DNA of 64,000 bases from Podarcis tiliguerta (taxonomy: Eukaryota): the NCBI GenBank assembly GCA_965153285.1, contig OZ229117.1; one strand, 5' to 3'. Shown piece after piece: positions 36,901 to 48,000 of this stretch. The notes beneath the pieces were generated by a model that was not told where the DNA came from, ran no database searches, and was given only the letters and a program-made list of their open reading frames with translations. The number at the start of each line of letters is the position of its first letter. Position 1 is the stretch's first letter. The translations under genes and the position numbers were made by a program.

Positions 36901-39900
36901 CTGGTGCTCACAAATCAGACCACTGAAGAACTTTATGGTTAAAAAAATTAGCTTACTTGAACAAATACTTTGCCCACACAATGCAGTGGATTGGTTCAGA
37001 AGGAGTGTTGCGAATAGTACAACCTGGAAAGGTCTTCTGGGTTGGTTTGGGCTGACATTCATAACATTCCGTCACTCCCTACAGAGGGGGAAAGGTAGAA
37101 AATAATTTTTGAGTCATATTTCCATTGTTAGTTGAAAACCACACTTAAGGGATCATAATGCTACAGCATATGAAAACACAGTATCATTGCCACACCTTTT
37201 TGATAACTGTTACTTGTCCAAGGTAGCCTGCAGTTCCACTCTCTATAAGGGGGACATCAGCTGCCAGACACATCCTGTTCACATGGTTACGGGCAGCTGT
37301 AAACAGAAGAAGAGCCACTGATTTTCAAATGCAAACTTTATTATCCCCTTCTCCTCCTCAGGTAACACAAATAAGATATGTTCAATATTGCAACCTCACT
37401 GTACAGCGGGGAGCACATATTTAGCATTTTTGATAGTACTTCTCAGATTGCATTAAAAAGTACAGTTTGTAAAGATACCATTTGTCCCAATTGTCCCAAC
37501 AGACTATTAGGAAACGGGGAGGCTAATACAGCCTTGCACAGTCTCTCAGTTTTCAAGCACATTCATGTCAGAACAGAGACATTTCAAAACTCCAGGTCTC
37601 AGTTGTCTCACATTATAGCAAAGATAAACCATACCTCTATTATCCAAGGCATTCATAACGAGGGTAAACTGACGAAAAAATTCCACATTATAGTCAGGGC
37701 TGCAAAAAAAGAAGACAAGATCCCGTTTAGGGGGTCAGTAAATAAATGCCTGTTGATATTGACGTGACAGGTGTATATGACTGCATGAATACAACATCTG
37801 CCAAACAGCACATCACAATAATTTCTGGTTGCACTAGTTACACCAACCATCACACAGCACAAATAAAACAAGTAAAACTTTTAAAACAGCCATTTTCTGT
37901 GTCCACGGAGAAAAAAATAGTTTGGGGCAAAATGAAAGTAATTGTTTTATTATTGCACTGATGGCTCATTGACAGGGTATTGTGACATTTCTGTAAAATT
38001 TTGATGTATGCAAGATCTGCCTAGGACCCAAATGGAAATAGTTTGCTTTTTTCTTATCTATTCCCCACCCAGAACAAAATTGCCTGTGACATTTCCAGTC
38101 AGACTATTTAGTGAATTATTATTATTTTTTGCTCTATATATGTATGGTTGAGGACAACACAAGGAGGTTACAGAAGCATAAGCTATGATTTTGTGCAAGT
38201 TGATATTCCCAATGGTATGTGTATAATTTAATCAGTCCAACAGAACGATGACTAGAAGGTGAACAATTTTAGTACAGTCAATTACAAGCCTATATATTCA
38301 AACTTTGCATATACTGAAGGCCAACAATAGAACATATTCCTAAAGTTAAACACATGACAACTGGAAACTAAGTAAACATGAGTTAAGAACTACAACTATC
38401 TTTCTAAAAAATAATGACATAAGTGTGAAGGAATTGCTCCAAACCTATTAAACACAATTATTGCATGTAGGTTTGTTTGAAAACGTGCTGGTTGCCAGGT
38501 TGGCATTGCCTGTAGCTAAGAATTACACTCAAGGCTATATCTAGTCAGAAACCTGCTTTGGCTAGCAGACAAGGGAAGATATGACACAAAGGATGGGCAA
38601 AAAGCAAAGGGGACATGCTGGAGAATGTACTAATGTGGCTAAATGGACTAAGTCAGGAAAGATGGTGTTGTTGTTTTTTTTGTTCTTTTGCTTCATTGCG
38701 AAGCTCCTTGTATGCTAACAATATTTCCTTGCTGTGCCTATATTCTGTTTTTGTCTTGTTTCATTAAAACATTGTGGACGCCACTATTTTATTACCTGCA
38801 CCGTAAGCCAAGTTTCATGTTATTTGAGTTGTTCTTGGGGAGAAACAAAGGCAGGTTTGTGGAAATAACCTCCTTTCCCCCAGTGGCAGCTAGTCTTTAA
38901 GAGGGGAAGGTGGTCAGGCAAAGGTATACACTCTGTTGTGTCTGGAACTCCCTCCCCAGGCAGCATGAGACTCAGGGTAGCTGGGGTGCCACTACTTGGT
39001 GTGAAAAGAGTGACTGCTCAGTGAGTGGTGGTGTGCAAGAAATTGTCTCCAGGTGGCCAGACAGGAAAGCTTTTCATTTTGAAAATGGTCTTCCTCATCC
39101 ACTGCCATCATAAAAACATAAGAGCCTTGCTGCATTAGACAAAAGGCCCATCTAATCCAGTATCCTGTTCCTACAGTGGCCAACCAGATACCTCTGGAAA
39201 CCCTGCAAGCAGGACGTGAGGGCAAATCTCCCCTACTTGTGCTTTCCAGTTACTGGCTTCCAGAGGAGCAATGCCTTCAGCAGCAAAAGCAGAACACAGT
39301 GTGGCTTGTAGCCATTGACACCTTTATCCTCCATGAATTTGACTAATCCTCCTCTTTCAAAACCATCACTGTATCTTGTGCCATCATTAAGCCACGAATG
39401 ACTAACAGTGTGGACACTCATAGCTAATTATTGTTTGGGGTATATGTCACTTTTTGTGGGCTTTTCCCCCCACAAAGCACATACAAATTCCAAATGTAAG
39501 AAGAATCAGACATACTTCATTACGCTGTCATGATAAGCTATAATGTTAGCTCCGGGATGAAACCTTAACACACTTTCCTTGGCAACCTGAAAGACAACAA
39601 GAACACATACAACTAATTTTTACTAATCTAGTCATCTTAAACCTCCTCCTATGAGTTAGAAATAGCCTTATTGATTTTTTTAAAAAAGTTCAAGCACCCA
39701 ATTATCTTCTGAGCTTTGAAGATAATTCTGTTTCATGGTCTATTATGATACAAACATATTAAATATATAAAGGAACATATCATAAAGTAAACATTATAAT
39801 CAAGGTGAACTTCTTGAAGTTATCACATGAAATTTAATTCCAGCAGATGCCTAATAGGTATTCTTCTAAAGTTGTATCAAAAACAATACTGAATTAAATT

Positions 39901-42900
39901 GTGAAAGCTTCTCTTTGAAATTCCTCTTACCTGAGCTTTTGATCTTCCAACATGCTTCTTCTGAAACAAGAATTGCCTGTTGAGATTGCTGACATCAATA
40001 GTATCCAGATCAATCTAGAAATAGATTAATTACAAACACTTCATATTTGTTCCGATTAACAAAAATGTACCTTGCCTTTATCAGAAATCATTGTCTTTAA
40101 AAAATGTGCTGCCCCCATTTGATCTACAGATATAGGCTAATTAAAACCAGTAGAAATAGCATTTGTATCAAGTTTTTTTTCTAGGACTGTAACACTTCAA
40201 AATACAAGTGGAGGATGAGCAGTATATCTACAGGTTTTTCCAGCATATAATTCATTGGCAAATACTGAGCTTAGAGCACATCACAGAAAACAGCACTAGC
40301 CTAGCCATACTACCCCATTCTTGAATTCCAAAGTGGTGTACTGTATTCTAAAATAGAGTTCCACTGTCTGTTTTATGGTAATCAAGAGGATGTAAAAAAG
40401 TTGAAAGAAACATGGCAGCAATGATTTTGAAACCAGAGGCAACATTTCTGCCATACTTCTTGTCCTCAGTTCTGAAAAAATGCAGTGTGGCTTAATAGTG
40501 CATTTGGTTTCCTAGACTTTACCTTGGAATAATCAACTAGCAACCTAACTGGTTCTATTTGCATCATAAAATGAAATTAGTCAAGTTCTGACACGACAAT
40601 CTGATCTAGTGGGCAATGCTGATCCACGTACTCTGGTTTATTCTGACTACAGAAGAGTGATAACTCTATTGAAAATGTGACTGGAAAATTCAACCATATT
40701 GTTGAAAATTTATATATGTGAAATTACTAAAGCAGAGATCACCAACCTTTTTGGATCTTAAGTGTGTATGTGTACATTTGGATTTTCTGAATGAATGCCA
40801 CAGGCACCACCTACTCCAGTTGCTTCTCTCCCAATTCCTTTCCTCTCACCCTACCAGTGGCTAGTCTCCTCCCATTCCTCTCTCCCTCTCTTTGCTTTTC
40901 CAAGGGGCATGACTAATGTGTGATCCAGCAGAATTAAAATGGAACTTGTTGAATTTGAATGGTTTTACCTCCCCTCAAACATCCTTAGTATTAAAGCTGT
41001 TATCTGTAGACAGCACACTAAAAATGACAAAACTACTGCTTGCCAGCACCACAGACACGGATTCAAGGCACAGATCCTAATGCATTTTCATATTTTATGA
41101 TGGGATGAGCTATGTGCTGGGGGCAGGGACATTAAGTGCTCATGCCCCAGCAGCTGATAGGCTGGACTTAAAATACATACAACAAATGCCTTGCTGAACA
41201 GACTCTTAAATCCATCAACTTTTTAGCAGCACCCAGACAAAGGCCTCTGGGAAGATGACAATAATAACTGGAGGTTACCCCCCACTGTTTGAACCTGACA
41301 TCTGCTAGAAGGTATATTGATGCCATTGAATTCATTCTTCACTCAGTCAATAGCTGCAAACAGACTTGTTTATCACCATGAATCTTTACAAACCTTTATA
41401 ACTACCAATTCAGTATAACGGTGAGTGTTGGATAAGGACTAAGTTCAAATCTAAGTGATTCAAATCTCCACATAGCCATGAATGGCTGAGTGTGGGCCAG
41501 TTGCCATCTCTCAGCTTAACCTACCTCACAGGGCTGGTGGGAGAATAAAATAGGAATACAGAGCTATACATGCCACACTGAAGGAAGGAGGAGATAAAAA
41601 TGTAACAGATAAATTGGTATTAGTGAACAAACAAAAGTGGTATTTGATATTAGTGAACAAACCAAGAGCCCATCTAAGTCTAGCATCCTGTTCCTAGAAG
41701 CAGCCAGCCAGATTGTGTGAACTGCCCTGTGATGTATGGTTGAAGGGTAGTATACAAATTTAATAAACATTAATAATTACTATCATTATTATTAATAATG
41801 ATGGTTCTGGAGCTCACAAAGACGGCATTATTTTATCTAACAATCTGGTACTCTCTGTCAGCACAAGAATAGCATCTGCCAAGCCTGAACATCTATAAAG
41901 ACTGCTTGATCAAAGACTCATTCTGGCAAACATTATGTCTACAAAAATAGCCCATCAGGTGCCCCTCGAAAACCCACAAGCAGAACATAAACAACCACAT
42001 ACACTCTGCACTGTGTCTGTAGCAACTGATCACTCAGCAATAGACTGCTCCTAAGAAGCTACCTTATTTCAAGTCACAACCATTGGTAGATCTGGAACTA
42101 CAGCAGATCAACAAAGCCTCTCATCAGATGAGAATCCCTGATCTGTAGCAACATGCAGTGGTCAGAGCAGTGTTTCTTAAACTTGGGTCCTCGGATGTTG
42201 TTGGGCCACAACTCCCAACATCCCTGACCACTGGTTCTGCTAGCTAGAGATGATGGGAGTTGTAGTCCCAACAATAGCTGGAGACCCAAATTTGAGAAAC
42301 ACTGGGTTAGTTCCGGACTAGGGCCTGGTTGGTCATCATGAAGCTCCCTTGGTGACTTTGGGCCAGCCAGTACCACTCTAAGCTTAGCCTACCTCGCAGG
42401 GTTGCTGGGGGGGTTAATGAGGAGGGGGAGAACCACGGAAGCCACATTGAGCTGCCTGGAGAAAAACGTGGGCTATAAATGCAACGAAGGAAGGAATCTG
42501 CCCTGCCCTCCGCTACCCAAGAGGCTGAAGCGGCGCCACTTCGCGGGGGGTCCCGCCTTGGAAATGATAACAACGAAACCCCAATCCAAACAAGCGCGAT
42601 GGCGTCACATCCCGAAGCCCCTCCTCCTCTCGGGTGGGGGAAGGGGACGCTGAGGCGACCCAATAAGAGCCGGCCGCGGGAGATAACGGCCAAGGCGGCC
42701 GAGGGAGGGCTCCCCTTTGCTTTTGGTTCCCTTCCCCGGAGGGCCTTCTCCCCGCCGCCGCCTCCTCACCACGTCGATGTTGGCGAACCCTGTGAGCACC
42801 AGGTCCTTGAGGAGCTCGCAGCCGATGCCTCCGGCGCCCACCACCAGCAGCCGCGCCCCGGCCACGGCCTGGGCCAGCTCTCCGGGCAGGGCGGCCGCCG

Positions 42901-42910
42901 CCACCGCCAT
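27786..42910 (-). CDS. UBA2: UBA2 (SUMO-activating enzyme subunit 2, SAE2), complete 17-exon CDS, 1917 nt / 638 aa
   Basis: Exons 42770-42910, 39931-40014, 39516-39586, 37635-37699, 37196-37296, 36957-37078, 34828-34895, 34305-34426, 32952-33051, 32199-32359, 30692-30785, 30485-30597, 30245-30400, 29606-29702, 28901-29006, 28396-28529, 27786-27967. All GT-AG and phase-consistent. Motifs [17 protein letters not shown], catalytic [11 protein letters not shown]-terminal DDVIALD*. Confidence 0.98.
28396..28529 (-). CDS. UBA2: UBA2 exon 16 ([44 protein letters not shown])
   Basis: 134 nt, ends in phase 1. Confidence 0.95.
28901..29006 (-). CDS. UBA2: UBA2 exon 15 ([34 protein letters not shown])
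   Basis: 106 nt, AG/GT flanks. Confidence 0.96.
29606..29702 (-). CDS. UBA2: UBA2 exon 14 ([32 protein letters not shown])
   Basis: 97 nt, AG/GT flanks. Confidence 0.96.
30245..30400 (-). CDS. UBA2: UBA2 exon 13 ([52 protein letters not shown])
   Basis: 156 nt, Zn-binding CYVC. Confidence 0.96.
30485..30597 (-). CDS. UBA2: UBA2 exon 12 ([37 protein letters not shown])
   Basis: 113 nt, AG/GT flanks. Confidence 0.96.
30692..30785 (-). CDS. UBA2: UBA2 exon 11 ([31 protein letters not shown])
   Basis: 94 nt, AG/GT flanks. Confidence 0.96.
32199..32359 (-). CDS. UBA2: UBA2 exon 10 ([32 protein letters not shown]...ELIWDK)
   Basis: 161 nt, phase-consistent acceptor tttaaag. Confidence 0.93.
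32952..33051 (-). CDS. UBA2: UBA2 exon 9 ([33 protein letters not shown])
   Basis: 100 nt, AG/GT flanks. Confidence 0.96.
34305..34426 (-). CDS. UBA2: UBA2 exon 8 ([40 protein letters not shown])
   Basis: 122 nt, within ORF 34182..34451. Confidence 0.96.
34828..34895 (-). CDS. UBA2: UBA2 exon 7 ([22 protein letters not shown])
   Basis: 68 nt, AG/GT flanks. Confidence 0.96.
35227..36376 (+). mobile_element. 1150-bp non-autonomous non-LTR retroelement (probably L1-mobilised)
   Basis: Perfect 16-bp TSD ggaactgcaataaaac 35211-35226 / 36377-36392; CpG-rich 5' end; AATAAA 36353-36358 plus A-rich tail. Confidence 0.8.
36957..37078 (-). CDS. UBA2: UBA2 exon 6 with catalytic Cys ([40 protein letters not shown])
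   Basis: 122 nt, catalytic TGT codon at 37019-37021. Confidence 0.97.
37196..37296 (-). CDS. UBA2: UBA2 exon 5 ([33 protein letters not shown])
   Basis: 101 nt, AG/GT flanks. Confidence 0.96.
37635..37699 (-). CDS. UBA2: UBA2 exon 4 ([21 protein letters not shown])
   Basis: 65 nt, AG/GT flanks. Confidence 0.96.
39516..39586 (-). CDS. UBA2: UBA2 exon 3 ([23 protein letters not shown])
   Basis: 71 nt, AG/GT flanks. Confidence 0.96.
39931..40014 (-). CDS. UBA2: UBA2 exon 2 ([28 protein letters not shown])
   Basis: 84 nt, AG/GT flanks. Confidence 0.97.
42168..42304. mobile_element. Palindromic hAT-type MITE (ACAACTCCC...GGGAGTTGTAGT family)
   Basis: Near-perfect foldback with CAGTGTTTCT...AGAAACACTG ends; degenerate copies near 4530-4660, 11925-12030, 22385-22470, 32600-32720, 33645-33740, 44600-44690, 47207-47341. 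Confidence 0.75.
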
Positions 42911-43140
42911 CGCCGCTGCCTCAGAGGCCGACGGAGGGACGCGGGCGGGAAAAAGAAGGCACCGAGTGAAGCGGAGTCAGCGCCTTCGCGCATGCGCAGC
43001 CCTTCCCCTCATGCCCTCTCGTCGGGCGCAGCCGCGCTCCCGCCGTCATGGAGCCGGAAGCCCCAGAGCGGCGCCTGCAGCTGCGGCGCGACGACTCCTA
43101 GCGGCTGGGAGGACGTATAGCCCATACGCAGCACCGAGCG
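42520..43140. promoter_or_regulatory. UBA2 CpG island / promoter
   Basis: CpG-rich; NRF1 palindrome GCGCATGCGC 42988-42997; ETS CCGGAAG 43054-43060. Confidence 0.85.
42770..42910 (-). CDS. UBA2: UBA2 exon 1 ([12 protein letters not shown]...[23 protein letters not shown])
   Basis: ATG 42910, GxGxxG ATP-binding motif, donor GTG|GTGAGG, 141 nt. Confidence 0.96.
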
Positions 43141-44005
43141 ACAGGCAGGGTGGTCTTGTGGTTAGAATGTCGGCCTAAGGATGGAGAGATCAGGGTTCGA
43201 ATCTCCACGCTGCAGTGGAGCTCACCTTTCTCACCATCTCTCAGCCTGACTTACCAAGCAGGGTGGTTGTGGGGATAAAAACGCGGGCGGGGGGCGGGGT
43301 TGCGAGAGAACCGGTTCCTACTCAGCCATGAAGCTCCCTAGGTGACTTGGGCCAGTCCCTCCCTCCCATCTCAGCCTAACCCACCTCACAGCATTGTAGT
43401 AGGGATTAAATGAAGATGGGGGAGAAAGGAAGGTGGGAGTTGAATGCAATAAAATAAATAAAATAATCGTGCCTGTGGACTTAAGATCCTTGCAGCAATA
43501 AATAGGCTACCAGTTGGCAACGTTAAATGCTGGAGAGAGGGTGAAGCCTTTGCAGAAAAAACTTGCACATGGGAACATCATGGTATGGAAAGGAGGAGGC
43601 AAAGGGAGATGTAGGCAACCCCACCATCCCACTCAGGTGCTACAATCCACATCGGCCTTGCCACTTAATTCTGGTGCACAGGACATTTTGTTGCCTGTGG
43701 CAGAGTAGTTGCTGCCCCAACTCTGCACATCAGAGTGCAGAATACCCCAGAACATGTACAGAGTTGATTCTGAAGAAACATTTTATTCTGAAACTGCACA
43801 AATGGGCCCTGAAAAACCAAAAGGTTAAAGTTATAGTCTGCATACACCCTGCCTGCATGCTCTAACTAGACACACTTCCTCATTTTACTTTCAGCCTTCA
43901 TCATGCCTTTCTTGCTGGTGGTCCACTATGCCTGAGCTTCTAAGATGCTCTCCAGTTTACATATACTATTTTTATTTTCCTCCTATCTTAAACATTTGCA
44001 TCAAG

Positions 44006-44251
44006 GAAGAAGAGTTTGGAGTTGATATCCTGCTTTATCCCTACCCGAAGGAGTCTCAAAGCGGCTAACATTCTCCTTTCCCTTCCTCCCCCACAACAAA
44101 CACTCTGTGAGCTGACTGGGGCTGAGAGACTTCAAAGAAGTGTGACTGGCCCAAGGTCACCCAGCAGCTGCATGTGGAGGAGAGGAGATGCGAACCCGGT
44201 TCCCCAGATTACAAGACTACCACACTTAACCACTACACCACACTGGCTCTC
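44006..44251 (-). mobile_element. Squam3-like tRNA/CORE SINE, young copy
   Basis: Highly similar to 19718-19974. Confidence 0.8.
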
Positions 44252-44837
44252 AATAGTTTAGGAGTAGCTTAACTATTGCGATTTCAATTTACAGCAGAAC
44301 TGGGTCACATGTGAGCAGGATCTGAGCATCACTGCCTCCTGTGGGAGTGAGTTCCATAGTTTGACTTTGTGCTGCATGAAGGAGGACTTGATTTTATCCA
44401 TCTTGAATCTTCCACCGTTCAGCTTCATTTAATGTCCACGAGTTCTGAATGATGGGATTTCCTCTCTCACATTTCTCTACAGTGAGAAACCATCGTCAAT
44501 TGTTGCCCAGAATTTGGAAAGCAGAGGTGCATTCCTCCCCACTGAATTAAAATATGTCACTCAGAGTCAAAAGGAATCATGCTATGTAAATGCAGACATC
44601 ACCAACGTGGGACCTTCCAGACACTTCAAACTACAACCCCCATCAGCTCCAGTCAGTCCAGAACGTCTGGAGGGCACCAGGTTGGTGAAGGCTTGTAGAA
44701 GAGAGCAAGAATTTCTAGAGGAGTACAAACCTCTCTGTCTCTGCGTGAGTTATAGTTCTGGGCATGCTACTCATCAATTCACTGATCATAGACTGAGTAA
44801 AACAGAAAGCTGGCATCTCGACCAAGTTGTTACTGCA

Positions 44838-44853
44838 TTTATTTTATTTTATT
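44838..44853 (-). terminator. PDCD2L poly(A) signal cluster
   Basis: Three overlapping AATAAA (minus) 39-54 nt after the stop codon. Confidence 0.65.
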
Positions 44854-44891
44854 TTTTAAAAAAACCACAGCTACGAGGAATTAAACAAAAT

Positions 44892-45022
44892 CTATTTAAA
44901 TAATTTCTGATCTGGATCTTCTTGTACAAAAATAAATTCTTCCAAGGCTGTTGGTTGATTGGCCGGCCAGCAGCTCTTCTCACAAGTATACACTAATGCT
45001 GTTCCAAATTCCACTGACGCAT
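44892..45022 (-). CDS. PDCD2L: PDCD2L exon 7 coding part (ASVEFGTALVYTCEKSCW...QEDPDQKLFK*)
   Basis: 131 nt, TAG at 44892. Confidence 0.95.
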
Positions 45023-48000
45023 CTGGTGAGGGGGAAAGAAAAGCATTAATATTATTATACTCACCCATGCATGGGGAAAGGCTGTAGCTCAGTGACAGAG
45101 CATCTGCTTTGCATGCGGAAAGTCCCTGGTTCATTCCCAAGTGGTTCCAGGTAGGGCTGGGAAAACATCTCTGCCTGAGAGTTGATGCTAGTCAGTGTAG
45201 ACCAGGGTGGCTCAACATGTGGCCCTCAAGGCCTTTTTTGGTGGCCCTCAGCAACACATGACCCCCTCTCCCAGCCCTCACACTGCCTCCCCAAAGTTGA
45301 GTAAGACACTAGGCTTTGGAAAGGAGATGTGAGAGGTCTGACAGTGTCTTAGAGTGCTCCATCCTCCTTTCCAAAGCCTAGTTAGCGCTTTCCCAGCTTT
45401 GAGGGAAAGGTGGCAGGCTCTAGGACCCTGCCAGAGCCACATGCCTCCTTCCCAAAGCCCAGTTCTTTGGGGAGGGAATCAAATTTTGGCTCCCCTGTCC
45501 CACTTGCGACCATGGGTGTAGCCAGGCCTTTTGTTGGGGGGGGGGGGCAGAACCTCAGTTTGCTATGTCTTTTTATTGATTTAAGGGAGCAGCTGCCCCA
45601 AGTGTGCAACAAGGCAGTGTACAGCCCATAGGTTCTTGCAGCCCACTTGGTACGAAAAGTTGGGCCGCCCTGGTGTAGACAATACAAAGCAAGTTGGACC
45701 AACAGCCTGACTCAGTAGAAGACAGCTTCCTTTGTTCCTATGGAGATGTTTCTGAAAGTTCATTTCAAACACAGAAATGGATATCTCAAAATAAGAGAAG
45801 AAAAGTGTTTCTTAGATGTTCTTTTTGTTTCTGCGAACATACATTTCAAGGTATTTAAAAATAATTTAAGATATGCCATGCGCAAGTTCATAAAATGAAT
45901 GGGAGATGAAGAAAAGAAACATTGGAGGAACCCTGAAGCTGGATCAGACCAAAGGGGGCTAATCTAGCCCAGCACCCTCTTCTCCACTAACCAGATGTCT
46001 AAGGGAATAATTGCAAACGGAATTCTTTAATGAAAGGGCTTCATACCGTCAAGTCTTGTCTTGAGCATGCTGACCAAGGTGGGCATAAGCTGAAATTCAA
46101 AGATTCTCTTGCTTTTGCAGATATTACAAGGTGGGGCTGCTGACCCAATGTCTGTTGAAGGGCAGGTCATAAATAAAGGCTGGCCACCCCAGGAATACCT
46201 AATGGTTAAAAGAGGATAGTAGAAAGTGTCTACAGACAGGCTAATTTCATTCCTGCTAAAGACCTATTCATCATAGAGAAATGGAAATGGTCAGCCTACC
46301 TTAAGATCTGTTCCGGGCAGAGAGATATCTTTTTCATGAACTTAAGGAACACCTGGTGTCTCTTTTCGGCTTCACTTTTCTCATACTTCTCACCACCGGA
46401 TGTGTAACTAAGCATGGGGGGGGGGGGGGGAGAAATTGCAAATATTACAGTAACTGAAATTATCAGAAGGACAGCACAAACACTGGAATCTTTTCTACTT
46501 AATAGAAAATGAATAAATCAAATGGGTATTAGTTGAGCAGCCCTGTCAGTAACCAGACACTAAGAATACAGGGAGGTGGCTTGATGCATCAAGCTCAGTA
46601 CAGTCTAAATTGGCAGTGGCTCTCAGGGTTTCAGGTATGGAAACTTTCTCAGCGTTACCAGGAGATGTTGGGTTTTGAACCCTGGCAACTCCCGCCTGCA
46701 AAGCAGACCCTCCACCACAGAGGCCCTTTCCCAAAATGTCACATCCAACTTTGATTTCCATGCATCCATCGAGCACAAACCAACCAATATAATGAAAAAA
46801 ATACTAAGCGTTTACCCGTACTAGTGGATGGGATATTGTTCTGGGATTGGGCTGCATAAGCCAAATAATGTATTTAGAAGCTATCTAACACTGACCACTG
46901 CCAACCGAAAGCATGTCAAAGTGCAAGTAGATAAATAGGTACCGCTCCGGCGGGAAGGTAAACGGTGTTTCTGTGCACTGCTGTGGTTCGCCAGAAGCAG
47001 CTTAGTCATGCTGGCCACATGACCCGGAAGCTGTCTGCGGACAAACGCCGGCTCCCTCGGCCAATAAAGCGAGATGAGCGCCGCAACCCCAGAGTTGGTC
47101 ACGACTGGGCCTAATGGTCAGGGGTCTCTTTACCTTTTACCTTTAATACTGACCACTGGGTTGCCTTTTTTCAAAAGATGAGCACTGGCCAGCAGGGGCA
47201 GTAAAACAGCATTCCCCAACCTGTTGCCCTCCAGATGTTTTGGACTCCAACTCCAACCAGCCCCAACATACATCTGTGATGGCTGGAGCTGATGGGAGTT
47301 GCAGTCCAAAACATCTGGAGAACACCAGGCTGGGAAAGGCTGTTCCATTATCAACGGAGCCTCTCAGTGGCTGAAGTGCAGTACAAGACACATTTTCAAT
47401 GAAGATAAAAATAAAATTCTATCCAATGACCATTTCTATTACAAGTAGGTACAGAATTATCTAAAGGCCCTTTACAACATCTGGAATGCACTCTTGGTAA
47501 CACAAAACAGAATTGCGACTAAAAACTGATAGAATTTCAGTCCTGCAACACAATGATTAGTGCTACAAAAGGAATAAGAGATGGAAGACATGGACTTATC
47601 TAATAGTCACGGTGGCTGTTTGGGGTGTGTGTGTGCGTGGAGAAACTGCAGAGGAGCAACAAAGCATCTGATAGATGCTAAATCTACAGATAACTGCTTT
47701 AAATCCACATTTCTGTGGTGCAAGGCACTATTAAATCAGAAGAAAACCAGCCACATTTAGATGGATTTTGTCTGTAAATTCCTTCACAATCAACACATTG
47801 TTCTTTGTATATTGGCTATAAAATTCAGAATCAAGAATATGACCAGTGCACCTGGATCAGGTCAAAGTGGGTCCATCTAGTCTACCATCCTGTTCTCACA
47901 GTGGTCAACTGTGTGTCCGTAGAAAGTGCACAAGCAGGACATGAGCAGCACTCTGCCCACACATAACCCCTTGCATACTGCCACTGACCATGGAGGTCTG

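Noticed and set aside
41618-41662. 15-bp direct repeat with 30-bp period
   Set aside because: Only two units at a repeat junction; a local duplication, not an array or CRISPR.
42479-43178. 213-aa and 153-aa plus-strand ORFs over the UBA2 promoter
   Set aside because: CpG-island artefacts antisense to UBA2 exon 1.
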